Of a stretch of DNA of 64,000 bases, positions 40,393-54,392 are shown one piece after another. Source of the DNA: Octopus sinensis. Lineage: Eukaryota. The notes under the pieces were generated by a model. It was not told the DNA's origin. It searched no databases and saw only the letters and a program-made list of their open reading frames with translations. Where the stretch lies: NCBI RefSeq assembly GCF_006345805.1, contig NC_043006.1, positions 104,470,001 through 104,534,000 of the forward strand, given 5' to 3'. The position numbers were made by a program, and so were the translations under genes. Position 1 is the stretch's first letter; every line of letters starts with the position of its first letter.

Positions 40393-41359
40393 GTGTGTGT
40401 GTGTGTGTGTGTGTGTCTCTGTGTGTGTGTCTCTGTGTGTGTGTGTCTGTGTGTGTGTGTCTGTGTGTGTGTGTGTATGGGAAAAAATGTCAAGATAGAA
40501 AATGTTAAAATAATTTTATAAAAAAGGATTTCAGTACCGGTTTCAATCATTGAGACTTTTTCAACTGTAAGTATGGAAAACAATTAAATTTTGGAAAAAT
40601 TAAATGAAAAGATTTTTAACAGAATATTTGGATAGTGTTCAAATACAAAGGGCATTTTTCTTGTTTCTGCCTGTCTCTGTCTCTCTTGTTTACTCATATA
40701 CACACAATCACACACACACACACAGACACACACACACACACACACACACCACACACACACACACATATATATATATCATGCAGATAGATAAATAGATAGA
40801 CAGACAGATAGAGAGAGAGAGAGATACCTATATATAGAGAGAGAGACACACAGAGACAGAGCGACAGGGACAGAGACAGACAAACAGACAGACAGACAGA
40901 AGGACAGACAGAAGGACGGATAGATACAGGGAGTTCTGGCAAAAATTGACACTGCATAAAAGGAACAGAAAACGCGATACTCCATCCAAAAAGAAAAATA
41001 TTTAAAATTAATCAACATTCTCACTTAGAATCAGGTTGGAAGATATCATTTTCCAAAAGTAACCGCTCAAACCTTTCACAACGGCTCCAAGACGGTAAAC
41101 GAATTTACGACCAAGACGGTAAACGAACTTACGACGAATTTAAGACTGAAATCCGATCTGCTTATTTAAGAAAACACCATGTATTTGAAGAGTTTAGGAC
41201 ATGTGCTTCGATCTTCTCCTCGTCCATCTGTAAATAGGACATTGGGCTAGCATGTGTGTAAGATTTCTTAAATGTTTTGAATAGTATGTCGGGGCCTATT
41301 CCAGGCTGCTATTAAACAATTACATTTTTGCCGATTGGAACCCTAAGATGCATATCGTT

Positions 41360-41532
41360 AGCCACTACACACATTTTTTTCTCTCCTTGTTTTTTTTCTT
41401 TGTCCCTTTCTGTAGAAGAGCGTAGGCTCGAAACGTAAAGGACTTTTTCTATTCCTGAGCCTTATACTAATACATCTGTTTGTTTTGTACACCACCTGTC
41501 TTCGTCTTTTGTTTTTTTCGTAAACTCTCCCT
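41360..41532 (+). mobile_element. Short PLE-type 3' end with variant hammerhead (41406-41441)
   Basis: cttt CUGUAGA a gagc gtag gctc GAAA cgta aagg; followed by (TA)n; homolog of 24600-24780. Confidence 0.6.
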
Positions 41533-41551
41533 ATATATATATATATATAAT

Positions 41552-41585
<34 letters not shown>

Positions 41586-41720
41586 CACGTATATAGGGAA
41601 ATGGAAGTCAATAAATGAGTGTACATAAACATGTATATACACACACACACACCTCTATGTACATATATGTCTGTATACATAATATTTGTGTAGGATGTGC
41701 ATATGCGCATTTGCATATTC

Positions 41721-42290
41721 TTTTACTTCATTCGTTCATTAAACTGCGGCAATGCTGGGGCACCACCTTAGAATATTTAGTCGAATGAATCGACCCCAGG
41801 ACTTATTTTTTAAAGCCTGGTAATCATTAGGAGGGTTGGAAACCGGTTATAGCAGTGACTCGATTAATTCCTAGCGATATCTGAAGAAGGGATTTAAAAT
41901 GTTTCAATATTATTATATCAGACTATGGATAATTAGATTATAACATTCTGCATTGTTGTGCTATTCAAGACACGTTATATTTTACTGGTAATTATCCTCC
42001 TGGTCTCTTAAGATGAACCGCTAAGTTACGGCAACGCAACACACCAACATCGGTTGACAAGTGGTGGCGGATGAAGGAGAAACAGAGACACAAGGTCACA
42101 CACAGATAGATACATATATATATTCGACGGGCTTCTTTCAGTTTCCGTCTACTAAATCAGCCCACAAGGTTTTGGTCGGTCCGTGGCTATAGTAGAAAAC
42201 ATTTGCTCAAGGTATCACGCAGTGGGACTGAACACTGAATCATGTGGATAGGAAGCAAGATTCTTACCACACAACCACGCCTGCGCGTAG
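41721..42290 (-). mobile_element. SINE family 1 interrupted by a 160-bp insert (41825-41984)
   Basis: SINE sequence resumes after a duplicated ctggtaat (41817-41824 and 41985-41992). Confidence 0.7.
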
Positions 42291-43489
42291 CGATACAGAC
42301 TATCGACAACTCTCAACAACGATTGAAAAGTTTGCAAGGCGCAACGAAAAATATTGAAGGAAATGAGTGGGCATTTTGTCGGTGAGTGTGTTAAATTATA
42401 AGGCACTAAAAGAGAATGACTCACCCCAGACACAACAGAATATGCTTCAACACACGAACTCACGTAAAGAATCTTGCAAACCAAATCCAAAATCGAAACG
42501 TTAAATGTTAGCTACATATATTAATCAGTCAACTAGAGTCTTCTATATATTATGGATAAATGCATGTAAGGTACGAAATTTAGTTTTTGCGGGCGAAAAT
42601 AACCTTTATCTTCAAACAATAATCCGGATTTATTAACCTACCAACAGCACTAATAATTTTTCTGCCTCAAAAAACGTTCTCCAAACATCTGTTTTCATTT
42701 CTTCTACATAAAAATATACGCTAATGTATAAATTCTTTTAACGTTTATGTGTAGATATTTCTTTATATAAATGCATTTGTCAATTGTTGTGGAAGTTTAT
42801 TAGAAAAATTACTATGAAACAATGCCTCATCATATCTGTTGGCTAAAAATATTGTGCTTCATATGATTTGAACAAAACGTTACTCTTTTGTTACTTTTGA
42901 AAGGGAATAACAGCAACTGTGATTATTAGGATCGGTATTTGATTATTGTTTTTACTGGATTCTCTCTGAAAATATTCCCTGTTGTTTTCAAATGTGCAAA
43001 TGATAATCCAGCGAAGCAAATGGACAAACTGTCTGTCATGTTACTTAAAAAACATTACGTCCGTGTACATTGAGTCACAAGTACTCGGCAATGATGTACA
43101 CCGTACAATACTTATAAAAGCATCTGAATCGACCAATGATGTTATATGACATATCGCAGATTCATCATAATTATTTTCCGTTACATAGAACAAGTACTTG
43201 GGTTTTATTGTACTTTATTGACCACTGAGAAAGGAACAGTGAAGTGAATTTCCGTACGATTTGAGTCCTTAACGTCACGCTATGCATCGGTAGAACTGCT
43301 CTGATGTACTATGTTCAATATTCTAAATATTCTATTCAATTTACCGAGTTTACTGCTCTACCTAATAATTACAAGGTGTGGAATTTGAAAAAGGGTATTA
43401 ATCTATTAAATGAACACTAATACTTGATGGTACTTTCTTTTACTGACCTCGGAGGAATCTAATGCAATATTGCTCTCTGCTCGATTTGA

Positions 43490-43968
43490 AATCCGAGTGT
43501 GAAGAAACGTAAGCAATAGTTTTTTACTACTGTCGGTATAAGGCCTGAAAATTGGTGTGGGAGAGGCCTAGTCGATCACATAGATCCAGTGCATAACTGA
43601 TACTTGTTTCATTGAACTCGAAAGGATGAAAGACAAAGTCAACCTCGGTGGAATTTGAACTCAGAAAGTAAGTACGGACGAAATGCCGCTAAGTATTTAA
43701 CTAGGTGTGCTAACGATTCTGCCAGCTCGCCGTCTTGGAGTAGAAGCAATCCTTTCTGCTAAAGGCACCAGTTCTGAAATTTTGGGGGAGGGGATTAGTC
43801 GATTACATCGACCCTAGTGAAACACTGGTACTTAATTTATCAACCACGAAAGGAGGAAAGGCAAAGTTAACACCCAGCAGAATTTGAACTCAGACCGTAA
43901 AGACGAACGAAATGCCGCTTAACATTTTGCCTGGGGTGCTAACAATTTTGCAAGCTCACCGCCTTGGA
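43490..43968 (-). mobile_element. Cluster of SINE family 2 copies
   Basis: Diagnostic core at about 43635 and 43860; heads end gctcgccgtctt and gctcaccgcctt. Confidence 0.75.
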
Positions 43969-44144
43969 GTGGAAGAAACAATGCAAGACATTTTTGTTCA
44001 GTTCTGTATGAATTTACCAATCTACTACGTTAACTGTTTTACCTTGGTATATGTTAAGTCATTTTGCCTCCCTCAGGTGAAGTCAGGATACAGATCTCAA
44101 GGATGAAACATAACTTATTTCAGTGAAATCATTTCTAAATACTA

Positions 44145-44359
44145 CACTTTACTCTTTTACTCCTTTACTCTTTTACTTGTTTCAGTCATTTGACTGTGGC
44201 CATGCTGGAGCACCGCCTTTAGTCGAGCAAATCGACCCCAGGACTTATTCTTTCTAAGCCTAGTACTTGTTCTATCGGTCTCTTTTGCCGAACCGCTAAG
44301 TGACGGGGACGTAAACACACCAGCATCGGTTGTCAAGCGATGTTGGGGGACAAACACAA

Positions 44360-44392
<33 letters not shown>

Positions 44393-44557
44393 CAAATACG
44401 ACGTGCTTTTTTCAGTTTCCGTCTACTAAATCCACTCACAAGGCTTTGGTCGGCCCGAGGCTATAGCAGAAGACACTTGCCCAAGATGCCACGCAGTGGG
44501 ACTGAACCCGGAACCATGTGGTTGGTAAGCAAGCTACTTACCACAGAGCCACTCCTG
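44145..44557 (-). mobile_element. SINE family 1, well preserved
   Basis: Minus strand caggagtggctctgtggtaagtagcttgcttaccaaccacatggttccgggttcagtcccactgcgtggc...; 3' (aaagagt) repeats. Confidence 0.85.
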
Positions 44558-44971
44558 TTTTACTCTCATTATCTTCTGGTCTTGCAAACTCCATTGGGTG
44601 TGCCCTGTTGTCACAGTCGTTATATGGATCGTCAACAAAACGGAAGTACATACATGAGTTCCCTTTCATCATCATATCAACGTGCTACCATCGCTATGGT
44701 TACTTATATCCATAATTATAATTTCTACGGTACCATGATTTGGTTTCCACATCTTTAAGTAGAGTAACGTGAAATGCTTTTGTCGTGACGATATTAAAGA
44801 CAGACATTAATTTCAGATCCACTGAAGAGATAGAGTTTCTGCGCATTTCTATGTTTCGCCCAACCAGAAAAACCAATGCCGGAAGCTTACAGACAGTCCT
44901 CAAATCATGTCATAATATACATGTGCACATATTTTAAGTATATACTTATGCATATTGATTTTAAATTTTAA

Positions 44972-45148
44972 CACTAGGCCAGCTACTTCAGGATAAATCG
45001 ATTAAATCATTTACAGTACTTATTTTATTGACTCTATTGGATGAAAGGCAAAGTTGTCCTCAGTGGATTTGAACACAGAACGTAATGACGGGCGAAACAC
45101 CGCTAAGCATTTTACCCGGCACACTAACGATTCTGCCAGCGCGCCACC
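44972..45148 (-). mobile_element. SINE family 2
   Basis: ggatgaaaggcaaagttgtcctcagtggatttgaac...ctgccagcgcgccacc. Confidence 0.7.
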
Positions 45149-45890
45149 TTTGTACCTATGTATATAAACACATTTTGATGTACACTTACGTAGCAATATA
45201 TACCCCCATACACACACACACAGAAATCGTTTTCCCGTCAACAGTATTCTACTATGATATTAGATATATCTTGGACTACTGCTAGATTAGCGTTCGATTA
45301 CAATACAATTGTTAAAGAAACCTGCGTCTTTGAAAGTCTACCAAAACAGATATGTCTACCAACAGAGCGTCTACCAAAGGAGCAGTGCCCTGTGTTAGGA
45401 CTTACATCGATCTCACAAACACAGTAAACATTTCCTTACATCAGAACACAACTTATTACCAACAATATAATATACGCCACAGTCAGATCACAGTCATTTG
45501 TTGCAGATAGGAAAGAACATTCACAATCTGATCTTTAGTGATTGATCCCACAGCGTGTTAGCTCCTGTGCCTGTCTTTGTTATAGCCTGTGGACGACAGA
45601 AGTCTTACGAGTAAATTTAGTTATACGGGAAGTGCATCCGGTAAAATCCAGATTGTGAGTCTCATTGTATCTGTAATACAAATATCCAGTTCTGTTACAA
45701 TGTGTTAAGGTAATTCCTCCAAGTATTTGGAATACGCAGCCATTTGGCACTCTGGTTAAACTGAAAGAACGTACTGCACATCACATCGAACAACTAGTCT
45801 GTTATACGTAGAAATCATTAGATTATTCCCTCATAATTAAATATATATATATATATATAAGGTACTCAAACCCCGAATCAACCCGGGACC

Positions 45891-45924
<34 letters not shown>

Positions 45925-46023
45925 TGTGTGTGTGTATTCATATGTGTGTGAATTTATGTATGCGAATGTATATATATATATATATATATAATATATATAT
46001 ACATATATATATATATTATATAT

Positions 46024-46066
<43 letters not shown>

Positions 46067-47366
46067 TATATATTATATATATATGCATATATATATGTAT
46101 GTATGCATGTGTATATATATGTGTGTATAAACATATATTTAGGTACATATGTATGTGTTTGTATGTATATATGCAGTTATATATATATCTATCTGTATGC
46201 CTAAATATGCATACTCTCTTTCCCCCAGTGCTCTCTCTCTCCCTTCCCCTCTCTCTGTCTCTCTCTCTCTCACACACACACACACGCACACACACATACA
46301 CACGTGCACGTGCGTCCGTGTGTGTTTATCGTTCAGTTAAATCACTTAGGAACAACGCAAATTAAACCTTTTTCCAGTTTGACAATCCCAAAACGTTTGC
46401 ATTTGATATGATTAGGTTTTTGGTTGTTTTTTTTTTCCATGGTGAAAATATCACCATCTAGAAACCCACTTACTCATCACAACTGTCATTTACGTCGACA
46501 TTATTTAGGATTTCTGTAAAAGGATTTTCAGTATTTCCGCTTAAAGTATTCCGTTGCCCACATAATTTTTCCATTCCTATGTCACCAAACAAATTTATGT
46601 TTCTCATAACCTTTTAATTTCTTTCGTCACAAAATACATCTACGTAGCTTGCTTAAAGTACACAGACAGTCGAAAGGCCAGTCCTGAGATAACATCTACT
46701 ATGGAATTGCCGTGTTAAAAACACTGACACAGTAAGACCATAACAGACGTTATGTCTGTTAAAATACAACAGTAACTGGCCTACCAACAATGTATATACG
46801 TTAAGTATGATACATAGATGACTACTGTAATTAAATACCGCCACAGTTGCATACTCTGGATTCTTTTCTGATATGTTTCATTTTGAAAAACACATCTACA
46901 TACAAACTCAGTTGCTGCAGTATATTTATGAGTTAATGTAAAAGTGTTTTGTTTCAAGAGAGAAGTTAATTATTGGTTGTATCTAATTATTTGAAAATAA
47001 ACAGTTATTGTCGTTGTTTCATATGAAAGCTTTGATGTTATCGAAACTTTCTGTTTCAATTGATCTCATATAACATTGAGTTTGTGCTTCATAACGAGCA
47101 CTTAATATCTCATATTTAATGAATCTGTACTACATGAATATGCCGTCTCTTTCTAGTCTAATTGTTTGGGGGGTTGCAGTTCCATCCACTTATACACACA
47201 CACACAGAATATACTGAATGCTACATTGACCTAGCACTGCTTACAAGAAGATATATACATACATATACACAAACATATAAGTATGTATGTATGCATGTGA
47301 CCTCGTGTGTACCGTTGGCGATTTTTTTCCTCCGTCTTCCCTTCGTTGGATCTTTCCTTTTCCTAT

Positions 47367-47401
47367 GTTTCTGACGAAGAGCTCCGCTCGAAACGTTAAA
47401 C
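47367..47401 (+). ncRNA. Minimal type I hammerhead motif in a PLE-type 3' end (about 47295-47500)
   Basis: gttt/aaac stem I; CUGACGA 47371-47377; a; gagc-tcc-gctc; GAAA 47390-47393; ACGU palindrome; GUU cleavage after 47397. Confidence 0.75.
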
Positions 47402-47989
47402 CCTCCTTCTTTCCTTCTTTCCTGAGCGTCCAATAACACTATACTTGTTCCACGTCCTCGCGTTGTTGTGTTTTCTCTTTGTGTTTTCATGTTTGGATTA
47501 ACTATGTATGTATGTTTGTATCTATTTATGAATACATTTTATCTTCCCTTTGGCGAACTCCTCGTAGCGTCAAATATCAGAGATTATGGGTTGTAACAGC
47601 AGACAAAAACCTAAGTTGAAGCGCACATATCAACAATACAAACGTTAAAGCCCGCTGCCTCTCTCCACCGATCCTTTAAAACTTACCACTCCAAAGATCC
47701 TTTCTCTTCTAGCTGGCAGAAATATGTTACACATTCAGAGTGCTTATCTGACTTACATTATACTCGATATGAGCCTTTTGTGAGTGACATGTGGCACGTT
47801 ATACATGAATCCACTCCATACTACTAGGAGCAAGTATATGACAGTTGCACTCGACAGTTGAATTCGACAGTTCCACTCGAACATCCTCCCTTTAAAAGAA
47901 ATTATTTTGGCATGTTGTTCGGAAACACGATATTCATTTTTGGAAACGCGACCACGTTGCGTTTTCACGCCATATTTTATCCTTTAATC

Positions 47990-48213
47990 TTTGTTTGTTT
48001 TGTTTTACTTATTGTAGTCAGTTTGACTGCAGTCGTGCTGCAGAACCACCTTGTAGAGTTTTAGTCGAACAAATCGATCCCAACCAGGGCTTATTTTTGT
48101 AAAGCCTAGCCCTTATTTCATCGGTCTCTTTTGCTGAACTGGTAGCTTATGAGAGCGTAAGAACACCAGCATCGGTTGTTAAGCAGAGACGAGGGAACAA
48201 ACACAGACATAAT

Positions 48214-48268
<55 letters not shown>

Positions 48269-48432
48269 TCGACAGTCTTCTTTCAGTTTCCATCAACCAA
48301 ATACACTCACAAGGCTTTGGTCGCCCCGAGGCTATAGTAGAAGACACTTGCCCAAGGTGCCACGCAGTGGGACTGAACCTGGAACCATGTAGTTGGTAAG
48401 CAAGCTACTTACCACAGAGCCTCACCTGCGCT
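47990..48432 (-). mobile_element. SINE family 1
   Basis: Match to 44145-44557. Confidence 0.8.
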
Positions 48433-48904
48433 TATGTAATTTTTAAATTTTAATATTCAGTTCGTTGAGTCTGGATGATGGGGCATTGCACATGATCTTC
48501 GGAAGCATGCGTACTAGCATACTCACATAGGTACAACCCCACATACAAACACACACATAAACGCACACACATAAACAGATATATCGAGATAAACAATGCA
48601 AGAGAATCTAGGAGCTAGGGGCATGTATTTGAAAAACGAATAAAGTTATATTAAGTAGCTTTAAAATATATAGAATAAAATTTTGATTTATTGCCTTTTC
48701 TTCCAGTGAAGATAGGCCAATTGGTTACTGGAATCGGTATCAACTTCAGATGAGGCAAGGGGATAATCTCAAGAATAAAAAATTCTTTCAAACTGGCATT
48801 GTTATAGATAGATAGAGAGATCGATCGATCGATCGATAGATAGATAAATGTTGTTGTTGTTGTTGTTCGTGATCTTGTTGTTGTTCGTGATCTTGTTGTT
48901 GTCG

Positions 48905-49804
48905 TTATTGTTGCAGTTGTTGTTTCTGTGCTAGTGGGCAATTAATTATTAAGTGTGCTTTGCTACCACAAACGTAGCAACGAGGTTTACTGTCTTCGAC
49001 AGCCACATGCATACTCAAATCCTCTGTAAAGTTGATTTGATGTGGAATCTTTTCGAAATTCATTGGATCGATATGAGCAAGGATTTCGTCTTCTTGGCCA
49101 ATCCGGTTTTGCTGGTCCAGGACAGCGATTTCCAAGATATGGATTTCATCCTCGATGTCAATACAAATGGCAGACACAAGCCATTTTATTTTTATCTCAA
49201 AGGGCACATTTTTATTTCTATTTTTCTGACCCTACGACCAAATTATGTAGGGATTATCAGTAAGCTTTCATATTGAAAGGACTTTGTGGAGAGGTCCTTG
49301 GCTCTTCGTTCCCTGTCGAATCAAACTTCGCTCGTGGCAAATCTGTTTCCCCTCGTGATGTAGTCTTTAAAAGCCCATAAGGGCCTTAAACAGTTTTCTT
49401 CATCCTCTTGAGTGGCCGTTTCGTATAGCTTTGATTTTAGGTTGAGTGTCTTGTAAATAATTGGGGCGGTTTTTACGATTTTTTGTGTGATGGTTTCTTT
49501 AGTTGTATGGTGAGGTCGTGTTTTTTAAACATTGCTTTGGAGGCAAGCAGTTCTTCCCTCAAAAAGCACATGATTTTATTTTCTTGCTTTAAAGCTGCAG
49601 CAAAATTGTTTTCAGTATTCTTGTTTGTTGTGATGGTGATGGTGGTAGTGGTGGGAGCAGTGTTTATAGTACTAAACATTTTCGCTTTTTGTACGTATTT
49701 TCTAAAGCCTGTGAGCGTTCAATCGGAACGGATTTGGTTTCAGCTTCCTTCGTCTCTAACTTTGGTAGAGGCGGGAAGTCGGCTTCGTGGCTTGGCTTAG
49801 CCAT
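48905..49804 (-). pseudogene. Disrupted gag-like ORF1 with CCHC zinc knuckle (L1/Tx1-like)
   Basis: ATG at 49804 (MAKPSHEADFPPLP...); C-terminal PHQINF...VAVEDSKPRCYVCGSKAHLIINCP = C-x2-C-x4-H-x4-C; stops and frameshifts. Confidence 0.65.
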
Positions 49805-50063
49805 TTTCGTTTAGAAACATGCTAAGGAAACCAAAGAAAAGTTTTTTCGAAGTTTTGGAAATATACACTAAGTGGGGTAATTTCTATTACAAGTTTTACT
49901 GGGGTTGGAGGAGATGGTCTTAGACCACTCTTTCGCAAAAAGTATTTCACAGATTAAACGTTTTTCTACACAAAAACGCAACTTACTTGGAACAGTTTTT
50001 CCACCGTCCATTCAAAGATATATATATAGATATAGATATAGATAGCTAGCTAGATAGACAGAT

Positions 50064-50106
<43 letters not shown>

Positions 50107-50157
50107 TATAGATAGCTAGCTAGATAGACAGATTGATATATATATATATAGAGAGAG

Positions 50158-50192
<35 letters not shown>

Positions 50193-50335
50193 GAAAGAGA
50201 CAGACACAGGCAGACAGAAAGAAAAAAGAAATAAAGAAAAACCGATAGACAACTGACAGATAGATACATAAATAGATTGATAGATAAATAGATAGACAGA
50301 CGGACAGACAAATAGATAGGTAGATAGATAGATAA

Positions 50336-50366
<31 letters not shown>

Positions 50367-50984
50367 TAGATAGATAGATATCACACACATATGTACGTAT
50401 GCACACATATACATACATTCAGACGTTCACAGTATATACACACATGCAATCAAAACGCTCAATAGGCACAGAGTGAGACCAACGTCTCTTCTTCTAATTA
50501 ACATATGCAAATATGTGTGTGAGAACATATATGTATGTTCGTGCGAATTTGTACGTGTGTGTCTTGTATGTTGTTTTTGATCTGCCTTATATATTAATTA
50601 TAACTTCAATGTATTTGTTTGTTTTGCTCAAGCCGCATCTTTTGTTGACGTTGTTTTCGTTTTATTGCCGTAATTTATTATTGTTCCTTTTTTAATTTCT
50701 TAAAAGACACGTGATTTAAACGGAAATAATTAGTAAACACAATGTAATTGAATAAGAAACAGGTTCAGAATATGTGATTGAATATTTTAGTTAAATAGTT
50801 CCGTTTATTATATTTCTCTCGATATTTCACACTGGCGTCCAGTGCATTGATTTGTGAAATATTCCACTCTACTCGACGGATCCAGTAAAAGAAAAGAAAA
50901 AAATACTCTTTCTTTTTAAATAATCAATAGAGGTGTCTGTTGTAAAAAAAACTGTAATGAATATCTAATTAAAATACATATCTA

Positions 50985-51400
50985 ATGAACTTTTTCTTCA
51001 TATTTCATCAGGTGTAACTGTTGTATTTATATTGTTATTTAATATTAAAAAAGGTAATCAGCGCATTGGGGAAAGATGCTTTTTATCAAGCGTGGTTTCA
51101 AAACTTCATTTAAATCGATGTTAGTCTGGTCTCGAGTAAAGATTCATTATTTGCGCGTGAAATGAAACTTGACATATTAAAATATATATATAACTAATTA
51201 ACTGTTTTTTTTTCTTCATATTTTATCAGGTGTAACTATTGCTTTTATACTATACTCTCTAACAATAAAAAATAATCTGCACGATCGAAAAAGATGTTTT
51301 TATCAAACGTGGATATTTTCATATCCACGTTTGATAAAATCATCTCCATTTAAATCAGTGTTTGGAGTTATGATTCATTATTTGTGCCCTGAAATAAAAC
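50985..51400 (+). repeat. Two diverged tandem about 215-bp units; second unit has a perfect 19-bp hairpin (51298-51339)
   Basis: ttttcttcatatt..atcaggtgtaact and gattcattatttg occur twice; ttttatcaaacgtggatat-tttc-atatccacgtttgataaaa. Confidence 0.7.
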
Positions 51401-51889
51401 TCAGCATGATAGAAATGTCTGAGAAATCCCTCTCAAATTGCACCCTGTCGGTTTAAAATGTCGAAATAAGTCATGTTGATTTGGATACACGCTACCTGTA
51501 CAGTCGCAAGTGTTAAAGATGGACCAGTTTGTATGCACAGGCTTGGGCAAGATTTTTAGAGGAAAACTGAGAGCTGCACATGCATGTAAATAGCATCGAT
51601 CCTCCTTCAAGAGAAAAGCAAATGACTCGCTCTGATATCGCTTGACACCAACATCATCGCCGGTGTTTGCTGTCGGAACGCAAAAAATCAGAATAGATCC
51701 TGCACGACAGATTTCCCGGTATTCCGCTTCCCTGTCTGGAAATTTTTATTGTCTCTAAAAAGATAAAATGAACTCAGAGGTCGAGAGCTGGAACATCAAA
51801 TGAAGCACTATATTCAACACGCTAACGATCCTACCAAGTCATCATCTTTATCTAAATGATAAACACCCTAATCGAAAAACGTTTGACTA

Positions 51890-52320
51890 TAGAAAGAAAA
51901 GTACTATGTTCTTTGTAGAATATGCCCCACTGGTAACTGGTGGAAGTGAAGCGGGTGTCTGTTCTCGTTTCCTTGCAGTTGAGAATGTAATGATGTTGTT
52001 GTACTGGGGGGAAGTTCTATTGTTGGTATTTTTCTGTTGATGGCGTGGGAGGTTTTGTGAGTGTTGGGTATTTTGTGTCACCACTCTTCCTGCTACTGAT
52101 TGTCGATGCTCTCCTTGTTACTCTTGTATTTGGAGCCTCTACTCCTATTGTTGTTGCAGTCGCTGCGGATGTTGCTACTATTGTTGCCATTGTTGATGCT
52201 GGGATGTTTATTTGTTTCTGGGACCCGTTGGACACAGAAATCTTTTTAAGTGAAAAAGCTCCACAGATATCATACCTTGGCTTCCGCCCGTCTACTCCCA
52301 TGGACAAAGGGTGATATGCA
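51890..52320 (-). pseudogene. Decayed fragment of a similar gag-like ORF1 family
   Basis: MGVDGRKPRYDICG resembles the knuckle at 48950; its 3' part is homologous to 56640-56770. Confidence 0.5.
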
Positions 52321-52439
52321 GAGGCTTCTCAGGTCAGGTATGTTTTCATTGTTTTGTTGATTAGTGTGGATTTTTAATTCCATTCCTACCCCTGACTATA
52401 ATGTGTGGTAGATGTTTCCCTCATTACCGGGAATCTATA

Positions 52440-52845
52440 TCCACAATATCAAGTAAATGTTACCCAGAACGTCAAGTAAATATTTCCCAGAATGTCAGGT
52501 AAATACTTTTCACAATGACTGGCAGCTGTTTTCAACAATATCAGGTAAATATTTCTGGCAAATGAGTCCAATAATAACAACTAAATACTTCCTACTAAAT
52601 CTCATAAAAGTTTTCCGCAATATCAGGCAAATGTTTTTCACAATATCAGGCGAATGCTCCCCATAATATCAGATAAAACTATCTTACAATATCAGGGAAA
52701 TGATTCCTACAATGACGAATATTTCTCGCAGTGTCAGGTAAAATTTCCCCCTTAAATACCAGGTATATGTGTCCCATAATACCAGGGTAAACTTAATCTG
52801 TCGCAATAATATCTGATTTCTACAATATCAAGTAAATACTTCTGC
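52440..52845. repeat. Degenerate minisatellite, about 21-22-bp unit (cacaatatcaggtaaatatttc)
   Basis: caatatcagg/caatatcaag recurs many times at about 21-nt spacing. Confidence 0.8.
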
Positions 52846-54345
52846 GATTTTATGTATGTCAAGCAAAGACTTCATTGAAAAGTTGAAGATATTTCTAGGT
52901 TTTAAAAACTAGAATTAGTAGATATCATTTATTTACAACACTGTGTGTTATGAGTTTTAATTGTATTCGTAATTCAATAACCTTTCATAAGCTAAGTTCG
53001 TCTCTCAAAACGGTCGATCGGCAGAATCGGTTAATGAGTTAGATAAATGTTTTGCAGTAATTTTACTGACTCTCTGCCTTCAAATTTCGTTAAAGTCAAC
53101 GTCACCGTTCGTCCTTTCGGATTTGATAAAAAGTACAATCCAGGGTGATTGTTTGGTGGAACGAACGAAATGCTTTGCGATATGTGTTCTGGCTCTTTGC
53201 GTCGTAAAAGCTACGTCTGCCACGAGACTGGTGCTAGAATGATAGTGTTTTGCTTTAGCCAACAACTGCTAGCATTGTGAGCGGTTACACATATGCGTGG
53301 ACAAGTGATCGATTTCCACAAACAGACCTGACCTGCGTAATTAGGTGCAAATACATTCTCAGCTTAACCAACTGAGACCCTAGTGACATTTGTGGCTTGG
53401 TTCCAACAAAGATACATTTATTTTGAAATAAATTCAACTAATATGCTGATAAATGTCTGTCATTACAGACGTTCATTGTTCATTCAAATTTGTAAAATTT
53501 ATGAAAGCCTGCATATGAGAGAAATTATATTTTGCATATAAAGAAATGTTTTCTTAGCTAAATTAATACAGACACTAGTCTGACCTCAGTATATTATTAG
53601 TATCAATAATTTTGTTATTGAGAGAAATGAAAAGTTATTTCACTGTCCATAAATATTTTGAACTCATCAAAAGATAAATACATATACATTTCTTTTTTTT
53701 TGCTTTTGTTTTCTTTTTTCTCCATTAAATTTTAATTTTCTGCATAATCTATTAAATAACACCAAATTAGCAACATTCTTTTATTTTGACCTCCTCTCTG
53801 CTAACAATCAAGCGACGTCGTTTCTATTACCCAACTTCTGAATTTCTTCGAAGTTTTCTCTTATTATTTCAAGTTGTGGCTTAGAAAGTTTTATTCAATT
53901 CCATATCGATTCGGAACAGCAGAGCATCTCTGAGACAGTAAGAGATTGAATTGAAAAGTTAGTAACATGTCAAATTCAGAAATCGACTTCAGTTGACGCT
54001 TTTATGCGATCGATAGTGTTTAGAACAAAATCTCACCATCGCCTCCTACTTTAAGAAAGGTATTGCCGTCTTTTATCCTAGTCTAGACATAAGACTACTT
54101 TAGGAAACTGATTTAATTTCTTGACGTTAAATGTACTTAGAATTTTGGCCGTACCTACTGAAATAACTACAGTTAAATTATTATTATTCTTTTATGTTTG
54201 GTCCATTCTGAACTTTTAAGAGTTAAATAGAAAACATATTGATAGAATTAGAATTAGAACGATGCTCTATATGTTTGTATGATTGTGTGTAGTTGTTTTA
54301 TCTCTGCATGTCTGTATGCTTGTATTTAAATTTTGTACGTGAGCA

Positions 54346-54392
54346 ATGGAGTTCGCCTTTGATATAAGACATGTGCTACTGTCTCCATTCAG
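54346..54392 (+). CDS. Speculative first coding exon MEFAFDIRHVLLSPF (weak resemblance to alpha-tubulin acetyltransferase N-termini)
   Basis: ATG, 15 codons plus 2 nt, then CAG|GTAAAA donor; resemblance is from memory only and no further exon was found. Confidence 0.12.

Noticed and set aside
45335-45385. Short gtctaccaa repeats as a CRISPR-like array
   Set aside because: Three short degenerate units in eukaryotic DNA, with no spacer structure or cas genes.
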